Assembly (NCBI GenBank): GCA_051881655.1
Contig: JBJEQH010000154.1
Location: 1 to 38,819, forward strand
Direction: 5' to 3'
From: Candidatus Heritagella sp.
GTDB taxonomy: Bacteria > Bacillota > Clostridia > Oscillospirales > Acutalibacteraceae
DNA: 38,819 bases
In this document: positions 1 through 8,186 of the stretch, in pieces
How positions within the stretch are numbered: position 1 is the stretch's first letter
Layout: each line of letters opens with the position of its first letter
Made by a program: the position numbers and the translations under genes
The notes under the pieces: model-generated
What the model saw: only the letters and a program-made list of their open reading frames with translations
Database searches by the model: none
Told to the model about the DNA's origin: nothing

Positions 1-62
1 GTGCTAATTCTTCTGCAAAACGGAGAAAAGCCCGCTGGAAGAAAAAGGACAGAGGTTTGCCG

Positions 63-92
63 TTGACAAAAAAGGCGGGAATATAGTATACT
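63..92 (+). promoter_or_regulatory. Candidate sigma-A type promoter for pflA-pflB
   Basis: TTGACA (63-68), 18-nt spacer, TATACT (87-92), read directly. The predicted TSS is near 99-100. Confidence 0.5.
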
Positions 93-158
93 GAGCGTGT
101 TGAGATCATATGACTGGCGGAAGTGGAGAAACCACGTGGAGTATGATTGGAAAAAGGC

Positions 159-197
159 CGACCGTCTGGGCGAAAGTACCCGGGCTGTCGTTTTTTT
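159..197 (+). terminator. Intrinsic-terminator-like hairpin inside the pflA 5' leader (possible attenuator, or the end of a small RNA)
   Basis: cgaccgtctggg (159-170) pairs with cccgggctgtcg (179-190): 12 positions with 1 mismatch and 2 G-U pairs. The loop is 8 nt and is followed by TTTTTTT (191-197). It lies between the promoter (63-92) and the pflA RBS (216-222). Confidence 0.45.
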
Positions 198-228
198 ATG
201 CCTTTTTTTGGAAAAGGAGGGAGCCGGT

Positions 229-963
229 TTGGAAGAACACAGGGGATGGGTCCACTCGGTTGAGAGCATGGGGCTGGTGGACGGCCCCGGCATTCGGGCG
301 GTGGTCTTTCTGCAGGGGTGCCGGCTTCGGTGCCGGTTCTGCCATAATCCGGATACCTGGAGCCGGCAGGGCGGCGAGGAGATGACGCCCCGGCAGTTGG
401 TGGAAAAGCTGCGGCGGTTCCGCCCCTATTTCTCCCGCAGCGGCGGCGGTGTGACCTTTTCCGGCGGAGAGCCGCTGATGCAGCCCGATTTTCTGCGGGA
501 GTGCCTGCGCCTTTGCCGGCAGGAGGGGATCCACACCTGTCTGGATACGGCCGGGTGCGGTCTGGGACAGTATGAGGAAATTCTGGCCCTGACGGATCTG
601 GTGCTGTACGATGTGAAGGAGATCACCCCCCAGCGCTACCGGGATCTGACCGGGCAGGATTGGGAGGAAACCGGGAGATTCCTGCGGGCCCTGCGGCGCA
701 CCCGGATTCCGGTTTGGGTGCGCCATGTGGTGGTGCCCGGCCGCAATGACAGTGAAGACCACATGCGGGCGCTGCGGGACTTTATCCGGCAGCAGGTGCC
801 CAATGTGGAGAAGGTGGAGCTGCTGCCGTATCACCGGCTGGGGGAGAACAAATACGCGTTATTGGGGATTCCCTATCCGCTCAGCGGGGTGCCCCCGATG
901 GATAAACAGAGAACCGAACAGCTTCAACAGCAGTTTTTTGGTCAATGGGAAACAGGAGGATGA
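229..963 (+). CDS. pflA: Pyruvate formate-lyase activating enzyme (radical SAM glycyl-radical activase)
   Basis: [14 protein letters not shown] followed by the CX3CX2C motif [14 protein letters not shown], typical of PflA. I prefer the TTG start at 229 (GGAGGG at 216-222, 244 aa, the usual PflA length). The ORF is open from GTG 97, but that lies at the predicted TSS. Confidence 0.9.
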   Translation: MEEHRGWVHSVESMGLVDGPGIRAVVFLQGCRLRCRFCHNPDTWSRQGGEEMTPRQLVEKLRRFRPYFSRSGGGVTFSGGEPLMQPDFLRECLRLCRQEGIHTCLDTAGCGLGQYEEILALTDLVLYDVKEITPQRYRDLTGQDWEETGRFLRALRRTRIPVWVRHVVVPGRNDSEDHMRALRDFIRQQVPNVEKVELLPYHRLGENKYALLGIPYPLSGVPPMDKQRTEQLQQQFFGQWETGG

Positions 964-968
964 GAAAT

Positions 969-3206
969 ATGAGAGCAGAAAAAGCGTGGGAAGGATTTCA
1001 CGGCGGCGTTTGGCAGGAAGAAGTAAACGTGCGCAATTTTATCCAGAAGAACTACACCCTGTACGAAGGGGGCGACAGCTTTCTGAAGGGGCCCACCGAA
1101 AAAACCCGCCGCGTATGGGGAAAATGCAGCGACCTTCTGATGCAGGAGATGAAAAACGGCGGCGTGCTGGATGTGGAAACCCACCGGATTTCCGGCATCT
1201 GCAATTTCGAGCCCGGCTACATTGACAAGGAGAACGAGGTGATCGTCGGCCTGCAGACCGATGCGCCCCTGAAGAGAATGGTGAATCTGTACGGCGGCAT
1301 GCGTACGGCCGAGCAGAGCCTGGCGGCTTATGGCTATGAGCTGGATCCCGAGATCCGCCGCCACTTCTCCCAGTACCGCAAAACCCATAACGACGGTGTG
1401 TTCGATGCCTATCCCGCCCGCGTGCGCAAGGCCCGCCATGCCGGTCTGCTCACCGGGCTGCCGGATGCCTACGGCCGTGGACGGATCATCGGCGACTACC
1501 GCCGGGTGCCGCTGTACGGAACCGATTTCCTGATCGAGGAAAAGAAAAAGGATCTGGAAGAACTGGATGGCCCCATGAATGAAGAGCGCATCCGCCTGCG
1601 CGAAGAGGTGAGTACGCAGATCCGCGCGTTAAAGGAGATTGCGGCCATGGCGGCCACCTATGGGGTGGATATCACCCGGCCGGCCTCTACGGCCAAAGAA
1701 GCGGTGCAGGCGCTGTACCTCGCCTATCTGGCCGGTACCAAGGAGAATAACGGCGCGGCTACCTCGCTGGGGCGCACCTCGACCTTCCTGGATATTTACA
1801 TCCAGCGCGACCTGGTGCGGGGAAAGCTGACGGAGGAGAAGGCCCAGGAGCTGATCGACCAGTTTATTATCAAGCTGCGCCTGATCCGCCATCTGCGCAC
1901 CCCGGACTACAACGAGCTGTTCGGCGGGGATCCCACCTGGGTGACCGAGTCCATCGGCGGCGTGGGCATCAACGGAAAACCGCTGGTCACCAAGAACAGC
2001 TTCCGCTATCTGCACACCCTGATCAATCTGGGGACCGCGCCCGAGCCGAATATGACCGTGCTGTGGAGCGAACACCTGCCCAAGTCCTTTAAGGAATACT
2101 GTGCCAAGATCTCCATTCAGACCGATTCCATCCAGTATGAGAACGACGACGTGATGCGCCCGCTGTACGGCGACGACTATGCCATTGCCTGTTGCGTATC
2201 CGCGATGACGGTGGGGAAGCAGATGCAGTTCTTCGGCGCCCGCTGCAATGTGGCGAAGTCCTTGCTGTACGCCATCAACGGCGGCGTGGACGAAAAGCTG
2301 GGCGAGGTGATTGTGCCCGGCATCGAGCCGATCACTGATGAGGTGCTGGATTACGACCGGGTGTGGCAGAATTACCAGAAGGTACTGGAGTACGAGGCCG
2401 AGCTGTATGTGGATGCGAATAACATCATCCACTTTATGCACGACAAGTACGCCTACGAAGCCAGCCAGATGGCCCTGCACGATACCCGTGTGGAGCGGCT
2501 GATGGCTTTCGGGATTGCGGGCCTGTCGGTGGCGGCGGACAGCCTGTCGGCGGTGCGCTATGCGAAAGTAAAGCCCATCCGCAATGAGAAAGGGATTGCC
2601 GTCGATTTTGAGATTGAGGGCAGCTTCCCGAAGTACGGCAACGATGATGACCGCGCCGATGATCTGGCCGTGAACATTGTGACCAAATTCAGCAGCGAGC
2701 TGAAAAAGCACCCGCTGTACCGTGATGCCAGACACACCCTGTCGGCCCTGACCATCACCAGCAACGTGATGTACGGCAAGAAGACAGGCTCGACCCCGGA
2801 TGGCCGCAAGGGCGGCGAGCCCCTGGCCCCCGGTGCCAACCCCATGCACGGCCGCGACAAAAACGGTGCGCTGGCTTCGCTGAACTCGGTGGCCAAAATC
2901 CCGTACCGCGATATTTGCCAGGACGGCATCAGCAATACCTTCTCCATCGTGCCGGATGCACTGGGGCGCAGCATGGAACAGCGGGTGAAGAACCTGATCT
3001 TCATTCTGGATGGCTACTTCGGGCAGGGTGCCCATCATCTGAATGTCAATGTGTTCAGCCGTGAAACCCTGATAGACGCCATGGAGCATCCGGAGAAGTA
3101 CCCCACCCTGACCATCCGCGTATCGGGTTATGCCGTGAATTTCCACCGCCTGTCCCGCGAGCAGCAGCTGGAAGTGATCTCCCGTACGTTCCACGAGTCC
3201 ATGTAA
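969..3206 (+). CDS. pflB: Formate C-acetyltransferase (pyruvate formate-lyase)
   Basis: Active-site IACCVSAM Cys-Cys pair and C-terminal glycyl-radical motif [11 protein letters not shown]. Length is about 745 aa. AGGAGGA at 954-960 precedes ATG 969. The ORF is open from 945. Confidence 0.95.
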   Translation: MRAEKAWEGFHGGVWQEEVNVRNFIQKNYTLYEGGDSFLKGPTEKTRRVWGKCSDLLMQEMKNGGVLDVETHRISGICNFEPGYIDKENEVIVGLQTDAPLKRMVNLYGGMRTAEQSLAAYGYELDPEIRRHFSQYRKTHNDGVFDAYPARVRKARHAGLLTGLPDAYGRGRIIGDYRRVPLYGTDFLIEEKKKDLEELDGPMNEERIRLREEVSTQIRALKEIAAMAATYGVDITRPASTAKEAVQALYLAYLAGTKENNGAATSLGRTSTFLDIYIQRDLVRGKLTEEKAQELIDQFIIKLRLIRHLRTPDYNELFGGDPTWVTESIGGVGINGKPLVTKNSFRYLHTLINLGTAPEPNMTVLWSEHLPKSFKEYCAKISIQTDSIQYENDDVMRPLYGDDYAIACCVSAMTVGKQMQFFGARCNVAKSLLYAINGGVDEKLGEVIVPGIEPITDEVLDYDRVWQNYQKVLEYEAELYVDANNIIHFMHDKYAYEASQMALHDTRVERLMAFGIAGLSVAADSLSAVRYAKVKPIRNEKGIAVDFEIEGSFPKYGNDDDRADDLAVNIVTKFSSELKKHPLYRDARHTLSALTITSNVMYGKKTGSTPDGRKGGEPLAPGANPMHGRDKNGALASLNSVAKIPYRDICQDGISNTFSIVPDALGRSMEQRVKNLIFILDGYFGQGAHHLNVNVFSRETLIDAMEHPEKYPTLTIRVSGYAVNFHRLSREQQLEVISRTFHESM

Positions 3207-3233
3207 AAAGGTGACCCTTGCAGCCGAAAAAGC

Positions 3234-3263
3234 TGGACAGGTGGAAAGACAGAATGGTAGAAT
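3234..3263 (+). promoter_or_regulatory. Candidate promoter for the zinc-ribbon gene
   Basis: TGGACA (3234-3239), 18-nt spacer, TGgTAGAAT extended -10 (3255-3263). Confidence 0.3.
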
Positions 3264-3281
3264 GAAAAAAGGGGGGATTTT

Positions 3282-3620
3282 GTGGAAAACACGAACGTTA
3301 TCAAAAAGTGCCGCCGGTGCGGCGCAGTGCAGAGTGATGCTTACAACGGAATCTGCGAAAAATGCGGCGGGGAACTGCTGACGATTTCCCCGGATGACCC
3401 CCGCGGGGCCGTATCCGGCCGGGATTTGTTCCTCTGCCTGGCCCTTCTGCTGATCCCCGTATTTTCGGGGCCCGTATCCGGTGGATTGATTGATTTTTCG
3501 CTGGCGTGCCTGAAAAAAGAAGGAGCCCGCTTTTTTGTGTGCGCCGCGGTGGGAACCGTGCTCGGTGTTTTATGGCGCCTGTGGGGCGGGGATCTGGCAA
3601 ATTCCCCCTTTCTGTCCTGA
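3282..3620 (+). CDS. Small zinc-ribbon membrane protein (hypothetical)
   Basis: GTG start after AAGGGGGG. N-terminal CxxC...CxxC (CRRCGAV...CEKCGG), then hydrophobic stretches (LFLCLALLLIPVF, FFVCAAVGTVLGVLW). A strong terminator follows. Confidence 0.6.
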   Translation: MENTNVIKKCRRCGAVQSDAYNGICEKCGGELLTISPDDPRGAVSGRDLFLCLALLLIPVFSGPVSGGLIDFSLACLKKEGARFFVCAAVGTVLGVLWRLWGGDLANSPFLS

Positions 3621-3632
3621 TTTTTCCGCAAA

Positions 3633-3669
3633 ACGGCCCGTACAGAGAACCTGTACGGGCCGTTTTTTA
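3633..3669 (+). terminator. Rho-independent terminator
   Basis: acggcccgtacag (3633-3645) pairs perfectly with ctgtacgggccgt (3651-3663), followed by a T-tract. Confidence 0.85.
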
Positions 3670-3770
3670 TGGAGAAAGAGAAGAGAAACGCTCTTCCTGC
3701 CGTAAATCCGACGAAAAACAGGGCAAAGAGAGCGGAGGCGTGAGGATCTGTGAGCAACGGGTGATTCCCA

Positions 3771-3810
3771 GAAAGAAAATCGGCCCCGGTTTTAAAAAAC
3801 CGGGGCCGAT
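3771..3810 (-). terminator. Rho-independent terminator of prs
   Basis: atcggccccggtt / aaccggggccgat hairpin (3779-3810). On the minus strand it is followed by tttctttc. Confidence 0.8.
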
Positions 3811-3823
3811 TGGTACATTTTCT

Positions 3824-4969
3824 TTAGCCGTTCTTGCGCTTTTCCAGCAGCGCGGTGATTTTTTCATGGGGATCCAGCACGCTGGAGAAGGACATATCGT
3901 GGTTCATGGCGGCCACCAGATAGGCAGCATACTTCGATACATCCACTTCAAAGAACCACTCACGGCTCTTCAGTTCGTCCGTGCGGTAAGTCAGGTTGCT
4001 GCCCAGCACACCGTCGATAATGCCCTGCTCGTAGGCTTTGTCGTAGGAATCCAGACCGTTGGTGAAGATCGCGTAGGTCGCATAGCCGAAAATACGCTTG
4101 GCGCCTTTTTCCTTCAGCTTTACGGCGATATCCAACATGGACTCACCGGAGGAGATGATATCATCCGCGATGAAAACGTCCTTGCCCTCTACCGAAGAGC
4201 CCAGGTACTCGTGGGCGACAATGGGGTTGTGACCGTTGACAATGCGGGAATAATCGCGGCGCTTGTAGAACATACCCAGATCCACACTCAACACAGAGGC
4301 GTAGTACATATTCCGGTTCAGCGCGCCCTCGTCAGGGCTGACGATCATAAAGTGGTCGCGATCCAGGCTGAGATCCGGTACGTGCTTAAACATACACTTG
4401 AGAACCTGATAGGTGGGCATTACGTTGTCAAAGCCCATCAGCGGTACGGCATTCATCACCCGGGGGTCGTGGGCATCAAACGTAATGAGATTCTGTACAC
4501 CCATATCCTGCAGGGTTTGCAGCATAAAAGCACAGTCCAGCGATTCGCGGTAGCTGCGGCGGTGCTGACGGCCGCCGTACAGCATCGGCATAATCACATT
4601 CAGACGATGGGCCTTTCCGCCGGCTGCCTGAATCAGGCGGAGAAGATCCTGGAAGTGGTCATCGGGGGACATGGAGTTCGGTTGACCGAACAGGTTGTAT
4701 TTAATGCTGTAGTTTCCCACATCAATGACAAAGTACAGATCCATGCCGCGCACCGTAGTGCGAATCAGACCTTTGGCATCGCCGGAAGAAAAACGGGGGC
4801 ATTCGGCGTCGATCAGGAAGGTATCTTTTTCAATACCGGCTTCTCTGGCCCATTTGATCAGATAGCTGTCAATGCGCTGGGCCAGCTCCTTCGCGCCTTC
4901 AGTGGCAATAATCCCAATGGGGGCTGCGCCGCTCTGACGGAAAAAAAGCTGCGATTCTCTCGTTCCCAT
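3824..4969 (-). CDS. prs: Ribose-phosphate pyrophosphokinase, long (~380 aa) form
   Basis: PRTase/PRPP-binding loop VFIADDIISSGES, with RQHRR and FDAHD segments in the order seen in Prs-family proteins. Confidence 0.85.
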   Translation of the reverse strand: MGTRESQLFFRQSGAAPIGIIATEGAKELAQRIDSYLIKWAREAGIEKDTFLIDAECPRFSSGDAKGLIRTTVRGMDLYFVIDVGNYSIKYNLFGQPNSMSPDDHFQDLLRLIQAAGGKAHRLNVIMPMLYGGRQHRRSYRESLDCAFMLQTLQDMGVQNLITFDAHDPRVMNAVPLMGFDNVMPTYQVLKCMFKHVPDLSLDRDHFMIVSPDEGALNRNMYYASVLSVDLGMFYKRRDYSRIVNGHNPIVAHEYLGSSVEGKDVFIADDIISSGESMLDIAVKLKEKGAKRIFGYATYAIFTNGLDSYDKAYEQGIIDGVLGSNLTYRTDELKSREWFFEVDVSKYAAYLVAAMNHDMSFSSVLDPHEKITALLEKRKNG

Positions 4970-5040
4970 GTTTTTGTAACACCCTTCTTCTGTGAGATTC
5001 GCCCCGGTCGCCGGGGCATTTGTCCGTTCTTATCGAGGTT

Positions 5041-5049
5041 ATTATAACA
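5041..5049 (-). promoter_or_regulatory. Candidate extended -10 promoter of prs
   Basis: The minus strand reads TGtTATAAT. The -35 is weak. The leader contains the GC hairpin gccccgg-cga-ccggggc (5001-5017). Confidence 0.35.
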
Positions 5050-5147
5050 CAGGGAAAATGCTTCTTCCACAAAAAACTTCCGGTTTCGCCACACTTTGGC
5101 ATCTTGACCGAGAATTGCGCTTGGGAAAGCGGTTTTTTTGCATTTCG

Positions 5148-5176
5148 CTGACTTTTTCTTTTCGTCGTGGTATAAT
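5148..5176 (+). promoter_or_regulatory. Candidate promoter of the DUF3783-like gene
   Basis: CTGACT (5148-5153), 17-nt spacer, TGgTATAAT (5168-5176). Confidence 0.4.
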
Positions 5177-5210
5177 AGTTGTACGAACCAGAAAAAGGGG
5201 GAACGAACAG

Positions 5211-5612
5211 ATGAAAGCCCGTTTGTCACAGCAGGCGGAAAACTGCCTGTATGTATGGCTGCCGCAGGAGCAGCGGGAGGAATTGTTTGATAAGCTGGAG
5301 AGAGTATGCCGCCGCTGCTATCTCTCTCTGTATGAGATCCGTCAGGAGATGCTGGACAGCCCGATTGCCGTCTGGATGGAGAAAGGGCCCGACCCGACGG
5401 CACAGAAGGGGGACCCCCTGCCTGAACCCATGCTTCTCTTCTGCGGGGTGTCCTCGTCGCTTTTGGGCAAAGCGCTGCAGGTGATGCAGCAGGAGCAGAT
5501 ACCGCGCATTCCCCATAAGGCGGTATTGACGGAGCACAACCGCCAGTGGACGCCGCGCCAGCTGTACGGGGAACTGAGCCGTGAGGATCAGGCCGTGCGG
5601 GGAAAGGGATAA
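5211..5612 (+). CDS. DUF3783-like small protein (hypothetical)
   Basis: ATG 5211 follows AAAAGGGGGA. The C-terminal pattern MLLFCG...L...Q...IP.KAVLTEHN..WT...L..EL resembles DUF3783, recalled from memory. The ORF is open from 4992, but that part spans the promoter. Confidence 0.65.
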   Translation: MKARLSQQAENCLYVWLPQEQREELFDKLERVCRRCYLSLYEIRQEMLDSPIAVWMEKGPDPTAQKGDPLPEPMLLFCGVSSSLLGKALQVMQQEQIPRIPHKAVLTEHNRQWTPRQLYGELSREDQAVRGKG

Positions 5613-5651
5613 ACAGGCTTCAATATTGCATAAAACGGAAGGATTTTGCCA

Positions 5652-5680
5652 TTGACCAACGGGCAAAACCCCATTATGAT
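5652..5680 (+). promoter_or_regulatory. Candidate promoter of the LbH-galT operon
   Basis: TTGACC (5652-5657), 17-nt spacer, TATGAT (5675-5680). Confidence 0.45.
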
Positions 5681-5760
5681 GAAAAGGAGAGAAAAACCGG
5701 TGGGCGGCCCCGAAATGGAAACCGGGGGCTGCCCCGTACGGAGAAAGGGAGAAAACGGGT

Positions 5761-6438
5761 ATGAATGACAAGGACCGGCTGAGAACGGCGGAATTGTTTG
5801 ATTTTTCCCATTCGCTGGCGGGATATGCTTTGCAGCAATGCGAATACCCCTGGCAGATTCTGGGAGGAATTCGCGATTTGATTCTGGTGCTGGGGCAGAA
5901 ATTGCCGCAGGACGAGTATGAAAAGCGGGGGGAGGACGTCTGGATTCATAAGACGGCCGAGCTTTATCCGAATATCTATATCGCCGGGCCCGCAATTATC
6001 GGCCCGCACACTCAGGTGCGCCCCGGGGCTTTTATCCGCGGCAGTGCCCTGGTGGGGGAGAACTGTGTGGTGGGAAATTCCACCGAGCTGAAAAATGTCA
6101 TCCTGTTCGATAACGTGCAGGTTCCCCATTACAACTATGTGGGGGATTCGGTGCTGGGGTACAAATCCCATATGGGCGCCGGTTCCATTACCAGCAATGT
6201 CAAGCAGGATAAAACACCGGTCACGGTCTCCGTGCCCGGGGAAAAAGTGGAAACCGGCTGCCGGAAATTCGGCGCCATGCTGGGCGATTTTGTCGAGGTG
6301 GGCTGCAACAGCGTGCTCAACCCCGGTACGGTTGTGGGACGCCACAGCCAGATCTATCCGCTCTCCATGGTGCGGGGCTATGTACCGGCGGGCCACATCT
6401 ATAAAAAAGCCGGGGAAATCGTAGAAAAAAGAAAGTGA
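5761..6438 (+). CDS. Hexapeptide-repeat (left-handed beta-helix) protein, resembling the C-terminal domain of sugar-nucleotidyl/acyl-transferases
   Basis: Consecutive [LIV]-G-x4 hexapeptide turns (IIGPHTQVRPGAFIRGSALVGENCVVGNSTELKNVILFDNVQV...VGDSVLGYKSHMGAGSITSN). It sits 12 nt upstream of galT. Confidence 0.8.
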   Translation: MNDKDRLRTAELFDFSHSLAGYALQQCEYPWQILGGIRDLILVLGQKLPQDEYEKRGEDVWIHKTAELYPNIYIAGPAIIGPHTQVRPGAFIRGSALVGENCVVGNSTELKNVILFDNVQVPHYNYVGDSVLGYKSHMGAGSITSNVKQDKTPVTVSVPGEKVETGCRKFGAMLGDFVEVGCNSVLNPGTVVGRHSQIYPLSMVRGYVPAGHIYKKAGEIVEKRK

Positions 6439-6450
6439 GGGGGTAGCAAA

Positions 6451-7974
6451 ATGGATATGAACCGAGAGATTGCACGGCTGCTGCAGTACGGTGTGCAGCG
6501 GGGACTGCTGCAGGAGGAGGACCGGATTTACGCGGCCAACCGCCTGCTCGCTCTGCTCCATTTGACGGAGTACGAACCGGTGCCGGCGCCGGAGGAGACG
6601 CTGGAGAATCCGGCAGCGATTTTAGAGCCCATGCTGGACTGGGCCTGTGAAAACGGGCTGGTGGAGAACAATTCCCCGGTGTACCGCGATTTGTTTGATA
6701 CCGAGATCATGACCTGCCTGATGCCCCGCCCGTCGGAGGTGGTGGGGAAATTCCGCAGCCTGTACCGGCAGGATCCGGAAAAGGCCACGGATTACTACTA
6801 TGATCTCAGCCGCAGCTCCAATTACATCCGGGTGGATCGGGTTTCCCGCGATGAGAAGTGGACCGGAGAAACCCCCTATGGCGAGATTATCATCACCATC
6901 AATCTCAGCAAGCCGGAAAAGGATCCCAAGGCCATTGCGGCCGCCCGCCTACAGAAGAGCAGCAGCTACCCCAAATGCGCCCTGTGCCGGGAGAATGAGG
7001 GGTTTGCCGGGTCGGTATCCCAGGCGGCCCGCGGCAACCACCGGCTGATTCCGGTCACCCTGCTGGGGGAGGACTGGTTCCTGCAGTATTCCCCGTATGT
7101 GTATTATAACGAGCACTGCATCCTGCTCAATTCCAAGCACACGCCCATGAAGGTCTCCCGGGAATCCATGGCCCACCTGCTCGATTTTGTGCGGCAGTTC
7201 CCCCACTATTTTGTGGGTTCCAATGCGGATCTGCCCATTGTGGGCGGCTCCATCCTCAGCCATGACCATTTCCAGGGCGGGCGCTTTACCTTCCCCATGG
7301 AGACGGCCCCGGTGGTTCACCCGCTGTCCTTTGCCGGGTATGAGGAGATCGACGCCGGGATCGTGCGCTGGCCCCTGTCGGTGATCCGCCTGTCCGGGGA
7401 AAATCCGGACCGCCTGTGCGATCTGGCCGAAAAGATTCTGACCGTCTGGCGCGGGTACTCCGATCCGGCGGCGGATATCCTGGCCTTTACCGACGAAACG
7501 CCCCACAATACCATCACCCCCATCGCCCGGATGCGTGATGGCCGGTACGAGCTGGATTTGGTGCTGCGCAACAACCGCACCACGTCCGAGCATCCCCTGG
7601 GGCTGTTCCATCCCCACGCCCAGTACCATCACATCAAAAAGGAGAATATCGGCCTGATCGAGGTAATGGGTCTGGCCGTGCTGCCGGCCCGGCTGAAAAC
7701 CGAGCTGGCCGAGGTGGAGGAAGCGCTGGTTTGCCCGGACCGGGCCGCGGCTGTTTTCGAGAAAGAGAATATGAAGCCTCACTATGACTGGTTCTGTGAG
7801 CTGAAGGCCCGCCGCCCCGAAGGTTTTACCCAGGAGCAGGCCCATCAGCTGGTGCGGCAGGATGTGGCGGAGATTTTCGCCAAAATCCTGGAGGACGCCG
7901 GTGTGTATAAGAACACCCCCGCCGGGAAGGAAGCTTTCCTGCGGTTTGCCGCCGCCGTAAACGCGGAAGAATAA
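6451..7974 (+). CDS. galT: Galactose-1-phosphate uridylyltransferase, class II (~500 aa Gram-positive type)
   Basis: The length plus the CALCRENEG and ILSHDHFQGG motifs are characteristic of type 2 GalT. Confidence 0.9.
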   Translation: MDMNREIARLLQYGVQRGLLQEEDRIYAANRLLALLHLTEYEPVPAPEETLENPAAILEPMLDWACENGLVENNSPVYRDLFDTEIMTCLMPRPSEVVGKFRSLYRQDPEKATDYYYDLSRSSNYIRVDRVSRDEKWTGETPYGEIIITINLSKPEKDPKAIAAARLQKSSSYPKCALCRENEGFAGSVSQAARGNHRLIPVTLLGEDWFLQYSPYVYYNEHCILLNSKHTPMKVSRESMAHLLDFVRQFPHYFVGSNADLPIVGGSILSHDHFQGGRFTFPMETAPVVHPLSFAGYEEIDAGIVRWPLSVIRLSGENPDRLCDLAEKILTVWRGYSDPAADILAFTDETPHNTITPIARMRDGRYELDLVLRNNRTTSEHPLGLFHPHAQYHHIKKENIGLIEVMGLAVLPARLKTELAEVEEALVCPDRAAAVFEKENMKPHYDWFCELKARRPEGFTQEQAHQLVRQDVAEIFAKILEDAGVYKNTPAGKEAFLRFAAAVNAEE

Positions 7975-7987
7975 GAAAATTAAGAAC

Positions 7988-8026
7988 AGGAGAGCAGGCC
8001 TTTATAGGGGGCCTGCTCTCCTTTTT
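7988..8026 (+). terminator. Rho-independent terminator of galT
   Basis: aggagagcaggcc (7988-8000) pairs perfectly with ggcctgctctcct (8010-8022), followed by TTTTT. Confidence 0.85.
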
Positions 8027-8109
8027 GCGCTTTCATACCCTTTGGCGGCGGCCCGGAGAACCATCCGCCGTGCAGGGAAATAAAGCGGGGGAAATTGTGC
8101 ATTTCTGCG

Positions 8110-8138
8110 TTGTATCCCGGAAAGGGCTGTGATACAAT
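8110..8138 (+). promoter_or_regulatory. Candidate promoter of the GH38 gene
   Basis: TTGTAT (8110-8115), 17-nt spacer, TGaTACAAT (8130-8138). Confidence 0.45.
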
Positions 8139-8186
8139 CGGGGAAGAGAGAGCCGCATGGGAGGCGGCGGGAGGAGGAAAGCAAGA

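Noticed and set aside
97-228. 44-codon N-terminal extension of pflA from GTG 97
   Set aside because: It starts at the predicted TSS of the promoter at 63-92 and has no RBS. It contains a terminator-like hairpin with a T7 tract. PflA homologues are about 245 aa, which fits TTG 229 with GGAGGG upstream.
229-3206. pflA upstream of pflB (reverse of the E. coli pflB-pflA order)
   Set aside because: The gene order varies among anaerobes and is not informative by itself.
1629-5047. Antisense ORFs 1629-3194 (-) and 3506-5047 (+)
   Set aside because: They are shadows of pflB and prs respectively, with no motifs and implausible composition.
4992-5210. N-terminal extension of the DUF3783-like ORF
   Set aside because: It spans the prs leader, both divergent promoters and a TATAAT box. 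ATG 5211 has an RBS and gives a protein of the typical size.
5644-5668. ttttgcc/ggcaaaa hairpin after the DUF3783-like gene as a terminator
   Set aside because: It has a 7-bp stem with an 11-nt loop and no T-tract, and it overlaps the -35 of the next promoter. It is probably fortuitous.
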